Shown piece after piece: positions 45,309 through 54,282 of a DNA stretch of 64,000 nucleotides. How positions within the stretch are numbered: the first letter of the stretch is position 1; the number at the start of each line of letters is the position of its first letter. Under the pieces are notes generated by a model that ran no database searches, was not told the DNA's origin, and saw only the letters and a program-made list of their open reading frames with translations. Source of the stretch: a virus; the IMG/VR virus record IMGVR_UViG_3300005077_000747, positions 23,944-87,943 of that record. The stretch is one strand, 5' to 3'. Made by a program: the position numbers and the translations under genes.

Positions 45309-46231
45309 TTCTCTTTCAAGTATTCATCCCAGCTAGCCTTAAAGGCTCTGGGAAGACTTAAACACCTTATTCGGTCTTCACAAAGATCACAGGTATACAT
45401 CGCTGTTTGAAACTCTATCCCGCATATACATTGCTGTATACACTCTCGAAAAGTGGCTAGCCTAAGCCTCCCACACTCTGGACACCTATAGCAATAGTTA
45501 AAACCATTAACACATCCGGAATAAGGGGGACACCTCACGCAGTCAAAATAAAAAGTCCATCCATCCTTTATCAACTTTCTAACAGATGCTGACCTTTGCT
45601 TATTCTTCGCCCTGAACTGATCTATTCCTACCTTTGTGTAAGAGTTTCCAAAGTAGTTAAAGATAACTTCGTCTTCGGTTAATGCCAAGAGAGTTCGAGG
45701 ACTTTCATAACCTGTATAAATCATTCGCTGATCGTAATCGATGTGTGCAAATAACCAATCATGTTCGCATACATCCGTCTCATCAGCCATTGTAGGACCC
45801 TTATAGGCGGGCACCGTCCCTAATTCATATATATCAGCCAAGAAATCCTCAGCGGCGTTGAACCCACCAGATCTTTGTTCGTAACAAATATGAACCCCAT
45901 TACGTGTGATGCCATTTCTTCCATGAGTGCCCATAGTAGCTAACCTCTTAGTGAAAGATGGGTATAACCACGTCCCGCCTTTGGGTGATAATATCATTAC
46001 ACTGTCTCCGCTCCTCTTCAAGAAGTCGTCGAACTTCATCAGGGCTTGCTGTATAAATTTTTGAGCCTGGGATATTTTCGAGGGTATAAGTAGTGGCCGG
46101 ATCGAAATGGGGGTAAGCCTCGGATCCTTCAATTTCTTCTTTGGAGGAAAATACCATAGGCCCACACACACGTACAGGACTATTAACGAACCGGATTTCA
46201 CACTCATACGCGAGTGCTTTGGCTCGCTCAA
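45287..46231 (-). CDS. hypothetical protein with C-terminal CxxCxxR[LVI]xCL Zn-ribbon (N-terminal ~60 aa probably not translated)
   Basis: C-terminal CPECG...CDLCEDRIRCLSLPRAF; N-terminus overlaps 45948..46478 by 284 nt in another frame. Confidence 0.45.
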   Translation of the reverse strand: MSEPKHSRMSVKSGSLIVLYVCVGLWYFPPKKKLKDPRLTPISIRPLLIPSKISQAQKFIQQALMKFDDFLKRSGDSVMILSPKGGTWLYPSFTKRLATMGTHGRNGITRNGVHICYEQRSGGFNAAEDFLADIYELGTVPAYKGPTMADETDVCEHDWLFAHIDYDQRMIYTGYESPRTLLALTEDEVIFNYFGNSYTKVGIDQFRAKNKQRSASVRKLIKDGWTFYFDCVRCPPYSGCVNGFNYCYRCPECGRLRLATFRECIQQCICGIEFQTAMYTCDLCEDRIRCLSLPRAFKASWDEYLKENCTKEGR

Positions 46232-46478
46232 AATATTGGGAGGGAATACAAATGTGGACGAGCTTCACTGACTTGAACGTGTTGAGATGAAACATAAAGA
46301 GATCATTTAAAGGAGTACCGGGCGGGAAGAGGCCATACTCCAGAGATGTTGCAAACAGCATAACTCCATATCGAGGGGGAAGAATTAAACCAATCAAGTT
46401 AACGAGGTTCGTGTCTCCTGTTAACTTCCTGAAGTGCTCTTCAGGATTTTCAATGTCTACAACTTTTCCATCATACAT
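45948..46478 (-). CDS. hypothetical protein (overlaps previous ORF; possible frameshift junction)
   Basis: 176-aa ORF with plausible composition throughout. Confidence 0.4.
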   Translation of the reverse strand: MYDGKVVDIENPEEHFRKLTGDTNLVNLIGLILPPRYGVMLFATSLEYGLFPPGTPLNDLFMFHLNTFKSVKLVHICIPSQYFERAKALAYECEIRFVNSPVRVCGPMVFSSKEEIEGSEAYPHFDPATTYTLENIPGSKIYTASPDEVRRLLEEERRQCNDIITQRRDVVIPIFH

Positions 46479-46634
46479 CCCGGTTACCTCCTTGGGCCTC
46501 GAGCCATCTCTTTAATTTCTTACTCCAACCCGGGAGTCGGAACTTCAATCTCTCCCCCTCCCACCATTTTACCTCGATAGACCCAAACGAAGCTGCCCAA
46601 ATCAAGGTAAGTATCACCTTTGTTATAAATGTTC

Positions 46635-46940
46635 TCATATCTCAACTACCTCCCTCCAACAGTGCTTAAGTCGCTCGGGGCATTCACACTGCTTACACTT
46701 TATTATTGTATAGACTTTATCATACCCACATTGAGTACACCACCGCAATTCACATTTTCGGTATGTGCCATCCGCATAGTTAAACGGTAATGCATAAACA
46801 CTCTGACCACAAACTGGACATGATGAAGATAGCATTGCAGTATGGTAAATGACATCCTTGAATACCCACTTCCGTATATACCCAATAAGTTTATCCAACA
46901 TCTTCCTTACGGCTATTCGGTTTAAAGTCTTGCATGGCAA
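46635..46940 (-). CDS. Zn-ribbon family variant
   Basis: CPVCG...CTQCG...CKQCECPERLKHCW. Confidence 0.45.
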   Translation of the reverse strand: MPCKTLNRIAVRKMLDKLIGYIRKWVFKDVIYHTAMLSSSCPVCGQSVYALPFNYADGTYRKCELRWCTQCGYDKVYTIIKCKQCECPERLKHCWREVVEI

Positions 46941-47331
46941 GACAGTCTAACTTCCGCCTACATTGCTTACAGTTATCACCGGGTAAACGAGTAGTGAATG
47001 GAGTGTCGCATATAAAACACTTAACTATACATGCCTCCCTTTCAGCTCGAAAAAATTCGTAGCCACATGTTGGACATACCACCGCCAGGCCTAGTGAATA
47101 CTCCGAACTCCCATCCCGGATCACAATATCAACACGGAGCTTTTTACACTCTTTCCGGAAAGTTCGAACTCTCCTGTGTACCTGCTCGAACGACGATGCC
47201 TTGATAACTAAGGCCGCTGTAGCCGAGTATTTTACTACGAACGTTGCCAACATCGCCTCCATACATACACTATAACAATTATGTTTACTACCACTATACC
47301 CCCAGATATAAACGCAAACAGGGAGCCCCAT
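46891..47331 (-). CDS. small Zn-ribbon protein, CxxCxxR[LVI]xCL family
   Basis: CPTCG...CFIC...CKQCRRKLDCLAMQD. Confidence 0.55.
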   Translation of the reverse strand: MGLPVCVYIWGYSGSKHNCYSVCMEAMLATFVVKYSATAALVIKASSFEQVHRRVRTFRKECKKLRVDIVIRDGSSEYSLGLAVVCPTCGYEFFRAEREACIVKCFICDTPFTTRLPGDNCKQCRRKLDCLAMQDFKPNSRKEDVG

Positions 47332-47537
47332 ATACCACTATTCGATATAATTAAACCCGTTAGATTACCTATACACAAGATGGTGAAATAGGTTGCCTGG
47401 GCGAATGGATTACCATATATCTCATCCAATATAAATACAAATAAGTTCCCCAAATGTTTCATTGGAAGGTGTATAGACCTCGATAAAACCAGGAAACAAA
47501 TCGGCAGTCTAAACACTCCAAATACGTAATGTTCCAT
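47235..47537 (-). CDS. multi-pass membrane protein
   Basis: Several hydrophobic helices in 100 aa. Confidence 0.4.
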   Translation of the reverse strand: MEHYVFGVFRLPICFLVLSRSIHLPMKHLGNLFVFILDEIYGNPFAQATYFTILCIGNLTGLIISNSGIWGSLFAFISGGIVVVNIIVIVYVWRRCWQRS

Positions 47538-47634
47538 TTAAAAAACCTCTTACGCGGGTAACCTGTGAGCCAATCCCACAGTAGGCTTTATGAGGAGGCA
47601 TGTACCCTGTTACCCGCGCAAGATTTCCCTCCAC

Positions 47635-47736
47635 CTATTTTCTATTCATTGGCGGGCCGATTCTATAGCCTGCCGCCCGGAGGCCTGCATAAGTCATAAT
47701 TGCTAATATTAACGCCCAAAACGGATACGTTCCCAT
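47635..47736 (-). CDS. 33-aa hydrophobic peptide (MGTYPFWALILAIMTYAGLRAAGYRIGPPMNRK)
   Basis: Hand-translated; AAGGGAGGA RBS. Confidence 0.3.
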   Translation of the reverse strand: MGTYPFWALILAIMTYAGLRAAGYRIGPPMNRK

Positions 47737-47780
47737 TTTTAGGTCCTCCCTTAGGGCCAGGGGCTGAATTTAACTGTATT

Positions 47781-47815
47781 AAAAAAAGGTGGGAGCTCCT
47801 AACTCCCACCTTTTG
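47781..47815 (-). terminator. rho-independent terminator (bidirectional-capable)
   Basis: AGGTGGGAG-ctcctaa-CTCCCACCT perfect 9-bp stem flanked by A7 and T4. On minus strand the hairpin is followed by TTTTTTT, 27 nt after the stop of 47842..48279. Confidence 0.7.
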
Positions 47816-47841
47816 GTTAGGGATTACTAATTGGGAGGGTA

Positions 47842-48279
47842 CTAAGCAGTGGCCGCAACCTTCTCGGCCTTGTCTTTGGTTTCCTTGGTTTCTTTGGTTT
47901 CTTTGACCGGAGTGGCAGCAGCGCCGGTGATCTTGACGATCATCTGGATTCCACCAACATCCTTTAATTCCCAGCCCCAGTTTTTGAGGTTCTGTCCCAT
48001 CTGACGCAGGTAACGATAGGAGCGGCCATAGCGGTTGTTTTCATCGACGCTGACGAACAAGCCCTTCAAGGCATTCGCAACGGCGCCGGCCTTCAACTGT
48101 TTGACAGGCATCGTGGGGTTGCTATCCACACGATCGAGCACCATCTTCAGCTTGTCGCGATAGGCGCCCATTACCGAATCGCCGGAACCACCACCGCGGC
48201 GGCTGTTGTTTTCCATGACCTGCTCGAACAGCAGATCGTCATTTTCCAAAATGTTGATGTCGGATGCGGTCTTATCCAT
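47842..48279 (-). CDS. paralogue-A family small protein (acidic N-terminus, KETKETKE tail), likely highly expressed
   Basis: DDLLFEQVMENNSRRGG...GAVANALKG core shared with 56207..56572 and 62781..63362; tandem promoter upstream, terminator downstream. Confidence 0.6.
   Translation of the reverse strand: MDKTASDINILENDDLLFEQVMENNSRRGGGSGDSVMGAYRDKLKMVLDRVDSNPTMPVKQLKAGAVANALKGLFVSVDENNRYGRSYRYLRQMGQNLKNWGWELKDVGGIQMIVKITGAAATPVKETKETKETKDKAEKVAATA
47872..47905 (-). repeat. 9-bp tandem repeat (x3.5) encoding KETKETKE
   Basis: ttccttggt/ttctttggt/ttctttgac. Confidence 0.6.
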
Positions 48280-48379
48280 GATACTTCCTCCTTAGGAGCT
48301 TTACCGGCTTAGCCGGTTTATTTTTATCCCCACTAAGTGGGGTTGGTACGCTAACCTTAATTCCTTCATTTTTGATTTT

Positions 48380-48410
48380 ATTATAAATGCCCAAATGGCT
48401 TTTTTTCAAC
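48380..48410 (-). promoter_or_regulatory. sigma70-type promoter copy 1 (TTGAAA-18-TATAAT)
   Basis: Minus-sense GCGTTGAAAAAAAGCCATTTGGGCATTTATAAT. Confidence 0.55.
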
Positions 48411-48502
48411 GCTGAAAAAGAGGGGATCCTAAATTTCGTTTCAATAAATCCCCTTGCCCTCAATTACGTCCCCCCATCTTTAATTCCTTCATTTTTGATT
48501 TT

Positions 48503-48533
48503 ATTATAAATGCCCAAATGGCTTTTTTTCAAC
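48503..48533 (-). promoter_or_regulatory. sigma70-type promoter copy 2 (TTGAAA-18-TATAAT)
   Basis: Duplicate of 48380..48410. Confidence 0.55.
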
Positions 48534-48580
48534 GCTGAAAAAGATGGCTTTTTAATTTCCATTTGAATCCCCGGCTTGTG

Positions 48581-48982
48581 TCACCTCCGATAAAGTTTAG
48601 CTACCACATCCTCAAAAGTCAACCCCGTAAGTCGTTTAAAAACCTCCTCATCGGCACCTGGGGAGTCTTGTATATGTACCTCCTTCCCGCCAGCCGCAGG
48701 GATTTTCTTGATAAAGTAAACACCTTGCCTTGACCCATTACATACATGCCATACAACTTTATTGTAGCAGGGATTAAGGGAAACTAAACATGCAACTCGT
48801 TCATCACACTTCTCACACAGTTTGGCACTCGCTGCGTTTGAAGTTATTACAGTTATTTCTAAACACGGATGCTCAACAGTATTACACTCGCACCACTCAT
48901 AATAAACCTGATTTACTCTGGTCTTTATATAGATCATCCTACTCATTAGGTCCCTGCTCTTTCTTACACAATTCACATTCAC
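48581..48982 (-). CDS. Zn-ribbon family protein
   Basis: CEKCDERVACLVSLNPC. Confidence 0.55.
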   Translation of the reverse strand: MNVNCVRKSRDLMSRMIYIKTRVNQVYYEWCECNTVEHPCLEITVITSNAASAKLCEKCDERVACLVSLNPCYNKVVWHVCNGSRQGVYFIKKIPAAGGKEVHIQDSPGADEEVFKRLTGLTFEDVVAKLYRR

Positions 48983-49124
48983 AAGCTATTTTAGGGCCTA
49001 CTACTTTTATCCCGGACCCTATAGGCCTACCACACTTCTCACAAACTAAATCCCATTCACCACCCACATAAACCAATTCCCAGTGAGCCATACAGCACCT
49101 GGAATGCACATACATTATACCCAT
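48939..49124 (-). CDS. small Zn-ribbon protein
   Basis: CEKCGRP...CECELC. Confidence 0.4.
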   Translation of the reverse strand: MGIMYVHSRCCMAHWELVYVGGEWDLVCEKCGRPIGSGIKVVGPKIACECELCKKEQGPNE

Positions 49125-49133
49125 ATCCCCTCC

Positions 49134-49673
49134 TCACCAATGTACTTTCTTTGCTCTTTCAACCCAGTATAAATTTAGCTCGTACTCTACTTGAATAAAC
49201 TTCGGGCGCATGTTTCCAATCCGAATCACGCCAGTGCCCCTAATACACCCATTTCCAGTGTAGTCACGATACGCATGGAAAAACTTATCAGTTCCATTAA
49301 GAATTCTCAACGCCCGTATCCCCAGCTCTGTTATTCGGTACGTCCCTCCTCTCCCTTCCAATCTCGAGCGAGCAATAAGTCCTCCGACTAATAATTGGAG
49401 GACATATAAATGAGTATTGCTAAACCGAATATCTCGGAGCGGAACTTCTCCAAACCTATCAAGAAATGCTAAAGTACGGTGTGCATTAGACCCCTGCAGG
49501 ATTGAGAACTTTTGAGTTTCCAAAAGCCTCCACACCCACCTACGATGCCAGGGCATTTTACAGGTATGGCCTCCCAAGCATGAAACACGCTTCATACATG
49601 TTTCGCATACAAGCATATTTCCAATAGCCCCTTTTCGGGTGTAATAAGTTCCGCTCCGCATTCTACATCTCAC
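49134..49673 (-). CDS. protein with N-terminal CxxCxxR[LVI]xCL motif + C-terminal domain
   Basis: MLVCETCMKRVSCLGGHTC... Confidence 0.5.
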   Translation of the reverse strand: MRCRMRSGTYYTRKGAIGNMLVCETCMKRVSCLGGHTCKMPWHRRWVWRLLETQKFSILQGSNAHRTLAFLDRFGEVPLRDIRFSNTHLYVLQLLVGGLIARSRLEGRGGTYRITELGIRALRILNGTDKFFHAYRDYTGNGCIRGTGVIRIGNMRPKFIQVEYELNLYWVERAKKVHW

Positions 49674-50164
49674 TTATCGCAGGGGTGTGTAATATCCATA
49701 CTTTGAAGGACTGCCGCCACCTTCTCTGAGGGTCTTGGGACCTCTACCTTGTTCTTTGCCCTCTCTTCCTCCAAGTCACCAACCAGCAACTCAATAACCG
49801 TATGGAGCTCGTTAATGTAGGCAATCGCTTCTTGAAAGTTTCGTGGCGGCCCCGCTGCAGGAGCTTTGATGTCTTCTTTCGGCTCTTCAAGCCTAACCGT
49901 CTCAGCAACCTTTGATGAAGTTGGCAATGCAATTATCCGGGCAGCCCCTCCAATTTTTACAGGACAACTATTGGGGAGGATTTTACGGGAGTCATAAACG
50001 ATGTACTTAATTTCTCTACGAGCCGTGACATCGTACTCCTTCTTCATATCGAACCCCTGTTTTCGTAGCCATCGACCTACAGCCGCCATTTGCTGAATGC
50101 TTAAACTCCGCCCCGGAAATACATCTTTGATGTATTCCTGGAACGCCTTCTTTGATTGTCCCAT
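49670..50164 (-). CDS. hypothetical protein
   Basis: Minus ORF 164 aa. Confidence 0.5.
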   Translation of the reverse strand: MGQSKKAFQEYIKDVFPGRSLSIQQMAAVGRWLRKQGFDMKKEYDVTARREIKYIVYDSRKILPNSCPVKIGGAARIIALPTSSKVAETVRLEEPKEDIKAPAAGPPRNFQEAIAYINELHTVIELLVGDLEEERAKNKVEVPRPSEKVAAVLQSMDITHPCDK

Positions 50165-50170
50165 TATGTA

Positions 50171-50344
50171 CCTCCTCTATTTTGTAGTAAAGAATAATAT
50201 CGTACCGCTGCTTATTAACCCCATACGTATTCTGTATGCGTGATGATCAATAAATTCTAACGCCTCCGATGACAATGTTACTGAAGGGATAACAAGACAC
50301 TCGAGTCTCTCTTTACACTCCTTACAACGTTCATTTGCGTTCAT
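50171..50344 (-). CDS. small protein with N-terminal family motif (MNANERCKECKERLECL...)
   Basis: Hand-translated, 57 aa; below the ORF-track threshold. Confidence 0.35.
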
Positions 50345-50432
50345 AATATGAGCTCGGCCACAATAAGCACAATGAATCTTGCACTCTTTAGAGCCCCAAT
50401 AGGAAACTAGTCAACCTATACGGCCACACACT

Positions 50433-50681
50433 TTACATTTTACTATTAAAGGATCCATCAGCATTTCTCTGGAAGTAACCTAACAGATCGGCGGCACCCC
50501 ACGTCTGGATACAATGTTCACAAAAATAAGTAAAGGCACAAACATTTCCAGCGAGACATTGTACCCGTCCATCACAAATATCACAACAGCCTAAGCGAAT
50601 AAAGAAATGGTCACCGCACCACATGCAGCTATTTTCTTGGCTCATGTCCATACATCCGAACGTATACTCGATGTATTGCAT
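50433..50681 (-). CDS. small Zn-ribbon protein, CxxCxxR[LVI]xCL family
   Basis: CMWCG...CCDICDGRVQCL...CEHC. Confidence 0.55.
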   Translation of the reverse strand: MQYIEYTFGCMDMSQENSCMWCGDHFFIRLGCCDICDGRVQCLAGNVCAFTYFCEHCIQTWGAADLLGYFQRNADGSFNSKM

Positions 50682-50853
50682 TGACTTCTTCAGTGGTATA
50701 TGCTAAATCAATGTTCTTGATGATCCCAAGTAACTGCTCTTCAGTTTTCTCCCTCCACATTTCCATAGCCCATGTATCTGCATTTCTCATGAAACCTCCT
50801 CCACCTCTATAACAGCTAACGGGTTTGCAAAACAATCGACACGACCAAGACAA
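50629..50853 (-). CDS. hypothetical protein
   Basis: Minus ORF 74 aa overlapping neighbours. Confidence 0.35.
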   Translation of the reverse strand: MSWSCRLFCKPVSCYRGGGGFMRNADTWAMEMWREKTEEQLLGIIKNIDLAYTTEEVNAIHRVYVRMYGHEPRK

Positions 50854-50990
50854 TTAGAACAGTCAGTACCATTTACAATTACTCTTGCTCTACACTGATT
50901 ACATCTAGCCCAACAATACGCGGGTATGTGCTCGACTGTTTCAACCAATAAATCTTTACACACCGGACAATAGAACTTATAAACCTTCAT
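50787..50990 (-). CDS. small Zn-ribbon protein, family
   Basis: CPVC...CNQC...CSNCLGRVDCFANPLAV. Confidence 0.55.
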   Translation of the reverse strand: MKVYKFYCPVCKDLLVETVEHIPAYCWARCNQCRARVIVNGTDCSNCLGRVDCFANPLAVIEVEEVS

Positions 50991-51312
50991 TACATCTTCC
51001 AGGAACCGCTAAGCACTTAATCCTATCAAGACACTCCTCACACGTCAAATCATACAAACGACATACCCTAATTACCATTTTACATGAAGGACATTGACAT
51101 ACCCCTCTAATCGGTTCAGACCATAAAATGAGTTGTGCACCACAATGTGGACAAGGGTAATCTAATTGAGCTATTAATTCTTGCCCACCCGAACAGGATT
51201 GCAATGCTTGTGGAAAGTGAAAGTAGCTGCCCCCAGAGCGTTTAATACACAAACCCTCATTATGATCCTTATAGTAAATCGTTCCGTAATACTCTAGGAT
51301 TCGCTTACTCAA
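50977..51312 (-). CDS. small Zn-ribbon protein, family
   Basis: CPHCG...CPSC...CEECLDRIKCLAVPG. Confidence 0.55.
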   Translation of the reverse strand: MSKRILEYYGTIYYKDHNEGLCIKRSGGSYFHFPQALQSCSGGQELIAQLDYPCPHCGAQLILWSEPIRGVCQCPSCKMVIRVCRLYDLTCEECLDRIKCLAVPGRCNEGL

Positions 51313-51709
51313 TTACCTCCCCTTCACCCGCGAACGTTAATTTACATCTACGTACCTCTGGTAATCTTTCAATCACCTCAAGAACATCTGACAACCCGAA
51401 GAAGAACTTAGGGCTTACCGCGAAGTTAATTTCATCAGGCACTTCATATACAACAGGGGTATGAGGACATTCCGCTCCAACAATGCATAATAGCCGCCTA
51501 TCACAGATCGTGCATGGATTCTCATAGCGGCTTGCCAACCGTGGTATATCCGTCTCGTTTACGACCTCTTTAAGTTCCTGGTTGTAAAACTTTACCCGCA
51601 ACAAGTATTCAATCACTGGCTTCCTGAACTCATTGAATATTTGTTGGATGGAGTCGAACATTACATCCTCGAAGCAATTATCATCCTCTCGGTAGATCAG
51701 GTACTTCAT
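51305..51709 (-). CDS. Zn-ribbon family protein
   Basis: CTICDRRLLCIVGAECPH. Confidence 0.5.
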   Translation of the reverse strand: MKYLIYREDDNCFEDVMFDSIQQIFNEFRKPVIEYLLRVKFYNQELKEVVNETDIPRLASRYENPCTICDRRLLCIVGAECPHTPVVYEVPDEINFAVSPKFFFGLSDVLEVIERLPEVRRCKLTFAGEGEVIE

Positions 51710-51710
51710 A

Positions 51711-52022
51711 CTACCTCCGATCGAATGGGAAGTTCATTTCCTTATGTATGCTTCTCAACTTACTGCATACATCTTCAAGGAACTTCTGCTGATCTTCGGG
51801 GAATCCCTTAAACTCCTCATCGGTACACTCTCGGAGGGTTAGATCATTATTAAATCTGAGCACTGCGGTGCAATAAATACAGAGACTTAGATCCCCGGGC
51901 TTTGGACCTCTGGTACTTATTGCCCTAGCCCTATCTAGCTGCTTACCACACACAGGACAGCCCACCGCTGGCACTACAAAATCTTTATCCATTCCTCGCT
52001 CCCTACTCAACGTCAATCCCAA
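51711..52022 (-). CDS. small Zn-ribbon protein (no terminal motif)
   Basis: CPVCG...CIYC. Confidence 0.45.
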   Translation of the reverse strand: MGLTLSRERGMDKDFVVPAVGCPVCGKQLDRARAISTRGPKPGDLSLCIYCTAVLRFNNDLTLRECTDEEFKGFPEDQQKFLEDVCSKLRSIHKEMNFPFDRR

Positions 52023-52296
52023 TACTTCTAAAAAAGTCCAGGTTTGTTGGCTTAATCAGCATCTTCAGCTTTATGCTTGACCTCCCATCCCTGCAGTCCT
52101 TACTGGCCTTTAAATGCTCCTTCATAGGAATGTCAGCCTTATTAAACAGATCTGTATAAATGGACCCCCCTATAGGCACCTTACCGAATTTAAATCCACA
52201 ATAAGGACAGTAGATTTCCAAGTCCCTGCCCGTTTGTTTAACCGCAACGATAAACTCCATCCCCATCAAGATATCATGAATATCCATAATCTTCAT
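52003..52296 (-). CDS. small protein with CPYCG knuckle
   Basis: Minus ORF 97 aa. Confidence 0.4.
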   Translation of the reverse strand: MKIMDIHDILMGMEFIVAVKQTGRDLEIYCPYCGFKFGKVPIGGSIYTDLFNKADIPMKEHLKASKDCRDGRSSIKLKMLIKPTNLDFFRSIGIDVE

Positions 52297-52492
52297 CTCC
52301 TCTATCCGCTACGGGAAAAATAAGACATCTTAACCGACCAATACATGTGTCACATTCAGGGGCCTCCACTGTTTTAAATGTCGTCCCACATGAAGCACAA
52401 CAATAAACAATGCAATACTTCCACCTTGCATACCTCACCTTAGCTCCGCATGAAGGGCATATACTCATTCCACCTCCTTCGCGGTCAGACAT
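52274..52492 (-). CDS. small Zn-ribbon protein, family
   Basis: CPSCG...CASCG...CDTCIGRLRCLIFPVAD. Confidence 0.55.
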   Translation of the reverse strand: MSDREGGGMSICPSCGAKVRYARWKYCIVYCCASCGTTFKTVEAPECDTCIGRLRCLIFPVADRGDEDYGYS

Positions 52493-52809
52493 ATATGTTC
52501 ATTCAAGAACAGAGTGTGTATACCTTCTTCATGGTAGTATTCCTTCCAACTACGTATTGACTTAATACACATCAGTGTTTTAAGATCCACTGGTATATGT
52601 ATCTGATCACAACACAGATTTAATGAGCTCCCCACCGCGGGAACAAATACACAATCCTCTGGGGTATTGATACCTCCCTTAATTAAATACCCAGCCTCTC
52701 CACTTTCATACACATGAGGTGTCGAAAGGAATTTAATACCACATCCACCATTTTGAACTATGCAATCCAACCTATTCCTACAATGATTACAATTCAAATC
52801 GGTTGTCAT
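52465..52809 (-). CDS. protein with N-terminal family motif
   Basis: MTTDLNCNHCRNRLDCIVQNGGC. Confidence 0.5.
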   Translation of the reverse strand: MTTDLNCNHCRNRLDCIVQNGGCGIKFLSTPHVYESGEAGYLIKGGINTPEDCVFVPAVGSSLNLCCDQIHIPVDLKTLMCIKSIRSWKEYYHEEGIHTLFLNEHICLTAKEVE

Positions 52810-53009
52810 TTTTCTACCTCAAATGTAGACATGGTTAAACAAGAGAGCTTATGGACACAAGATTCGCACTCCGTGTAATGAATAATACTCCAAACCCCAC
52901 AACTACATTGATACCTACAAGGAAACGTTTCTATAAACCCGAAGAAACTAATCCCGGCCTTACATGACGGACATATAAACCTGTACGACTTTGGTCTCTT
53001 CATAACCAT
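52806..53009 (-). CDS. small Zn-ribbon protein, family
   Basis: CPSC...CSCG...CESCVHKLSCL. Confidence 0.55.
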   Translation of the reverse strand: MVMKRPKSYRFICPSCKAGISFFGFIETFPCRYQCSCGVWSIIHYTECESCVHKLSCLTMSTFEVEK

Positions 53010-53233
53010 TTATGAGTCCCTGCAACTATCGTGTCTGCAGTCACTTCCTTGTATTCCGTAACTCGTTTCATACCTAAACATGTAACTCTCAGGCAACATT
53101 CATCACAATTATCTAAAGGTATGGCAAATGATTCACCACACCCACATTCTTTAAAACAACAGGTACTGTGGAAGATTTTTATCTCTCCACAGGCCGGACA
53201 TTTGAAAATTATGAATTCATGTTCTACGCCCAT
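53000..53233 (-). CDS. small Zn-ribbon protein, family
   Basis: CPACG...CGCG...CDECCLRVTCL. Confidence 0.55.
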   Translation of the reverse strand: MGVEHEFIIFKCPACGEIKIFHSTCCFKECGCGESFAIPLDNCDECCLRVTCLGMKRVTEYKEVTADTIVAGTHKWL

Positions 53234-53463
53234 TCTTCATACTCCTCAATGGTGTACGGTGTGATATCGGTAGGTCTAGCATATGCTAAACACTCTACTC
53301 GTTTATGGCAACCACTGCAATCAACATCTTCTCTAACGTTCATTAAGTTATCACATTCTTCACAAACCGTTAAGCACATAATAGTGGGTGTTATAATAAT
53401 GAATCCACAATATGGACACGTATACCTAAACAAGTCAACGTCTTTCACTTCCCATCTACTCAT
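53224..53463 (-). CDS. small Zn-ribbon protein, family
   Basis: CPYCG...CEEC...CSGCHKRVECLAYARP. Confidence 0.55.
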   Translation of the reverse strand: MSRWEVKDVDLFRYTCPYCGFIIITPTIMCLTVCEECDNLMNVREDVDCSGCHKRVECLAYARPTDITPYTIEEYEEWA

Positions 53464-53469
53464 CTTAGT

Positions 53470-53871
53470 TTACACTCCATCCGCATCTCTTAACAAACAT
53501 TTAACCCTATGCATACATTCTTCACAATCATCACACACTATAAACTTTTCGTGACAATCAAAACACTTGATCATCTTTCCAGCCCAACTAAGTAATAGGT
53601 ATGATTTGAATCCACAATGTGGGCAGACTTGTTCAATGTAGAGTTTCTTTGGAGAGCGAAACTTGAAGTCTTGGGAGGGGCCGAAGTTCCGATCAATATC
53701 CAAGGTAGGCGCTTGAACTTCTATGAAGGCATTGTTCTTAAACAATGATACAAGACTTGAATACACCACTCTGGCTTCCATGGTGTTACGGGCACTAAAA
53801 CTAAACCGGGTTAACATTACTCTAGTATTGCCCCACATATCTTCGCTGAACCCGAATTGATACCTTGGCAT
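53470..53871 (-). CDS. Zn-ribbon family protein
   Basis: CPHCG...CFDC...CDDCEECMHRVKCL. Confidence 0.55.
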   Translation of the reverse strand: MPRYQFGFSEDMWGNTRVMLTRFSFSARNTMEARVVYSSLVSLFKNNAFIEVQAPTLDIDRNFGPSQDFKFRSPKKLYIEQVCPHCGFKSYLLLSWAGKMIKCFDCHEKFIVCDDCEECMHRVKCLLRDADGV

Positions 53872-53881
53872 TATTAACCCC

Positions 53882-54097
53882 CTATATAATTGCCCGTGGC
53901 GTTATCAAACATTCAAGCCTCTTTTCGCACCCATCACATTCAACAGGATCAGTGACAAGGATTTGAATGGTAAGACAGAAGATACAACATGTTCTGCATG
54001 ATAATGGCTTTGTGCGAGATGAAATCAACAAACTCATCCCACAACCCACGCAAACATAATCGTATCCATGTTTACCAACCACCTGCACGGATTTCAT
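53882..54097 (-). CDS. small Zn-ribbon protein, family
   Basis: CVGCG...CRTCC...CDGCEKRLECLITPRA; first gene behind promoter 54118..54148. Confidence 0.55.
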   Translation of the reverse strand: MKSVQVVGKHGYDYVCVGCGMSLLISSRTKPLSCRTCCIFCLTIQILVTDPVECDGCEKRLECLITPRAII

Positions 54098-54117
54098 TTG
54101 TATCCTCTTTTATTTTT

Positions 54118-54148
54118 ATTATAATGGCTTTTTGGGCTGAAAATAAAG
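54118..54148 (-). promoter_or_regulatory. sigma70-type promoter (TTTATT-18-TATAAT) with AGCC..AGCCAT spacer, heads the tandem Zn-ribbon array
   Basis: Minus-sense CCACTTTATTTTCAGCCCAAAAAGCCATTATAATAAAAATAAAAGAGGATACAAATG. Confidence 0.55.
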
Positions 54149-54282
54149 TGGAAATAAAAAGGCTAAATAAAAAATGTATCAATGTCGGCTAAAAGGCTTT
54201 TGGAAGTTTGCACAAGTTCAAGGCACAAAATAAAATGGGGACCCTAATGGGTCCCCTATCGGTCCCAACACCTTTGCCTTTC

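Larger units (their letters stand above)
48356..48546 (-). repeat. tandem duplication of ~70-bp promoter-bearing unit (two copies ~122 bp apart)
   Basis: ttccttcatttttgattttattataaatgcccaaatggctttttttcaacgctgaaaaag present twice, nearly identical. Confidence 0.8.

Noticed and set aside
48272-48463. 63-aa minus ORF
   Set aside because: Covers the duplicated promoter region and overlaps the start of 47842..48279; an artefact of AT-rich promoter DNA.
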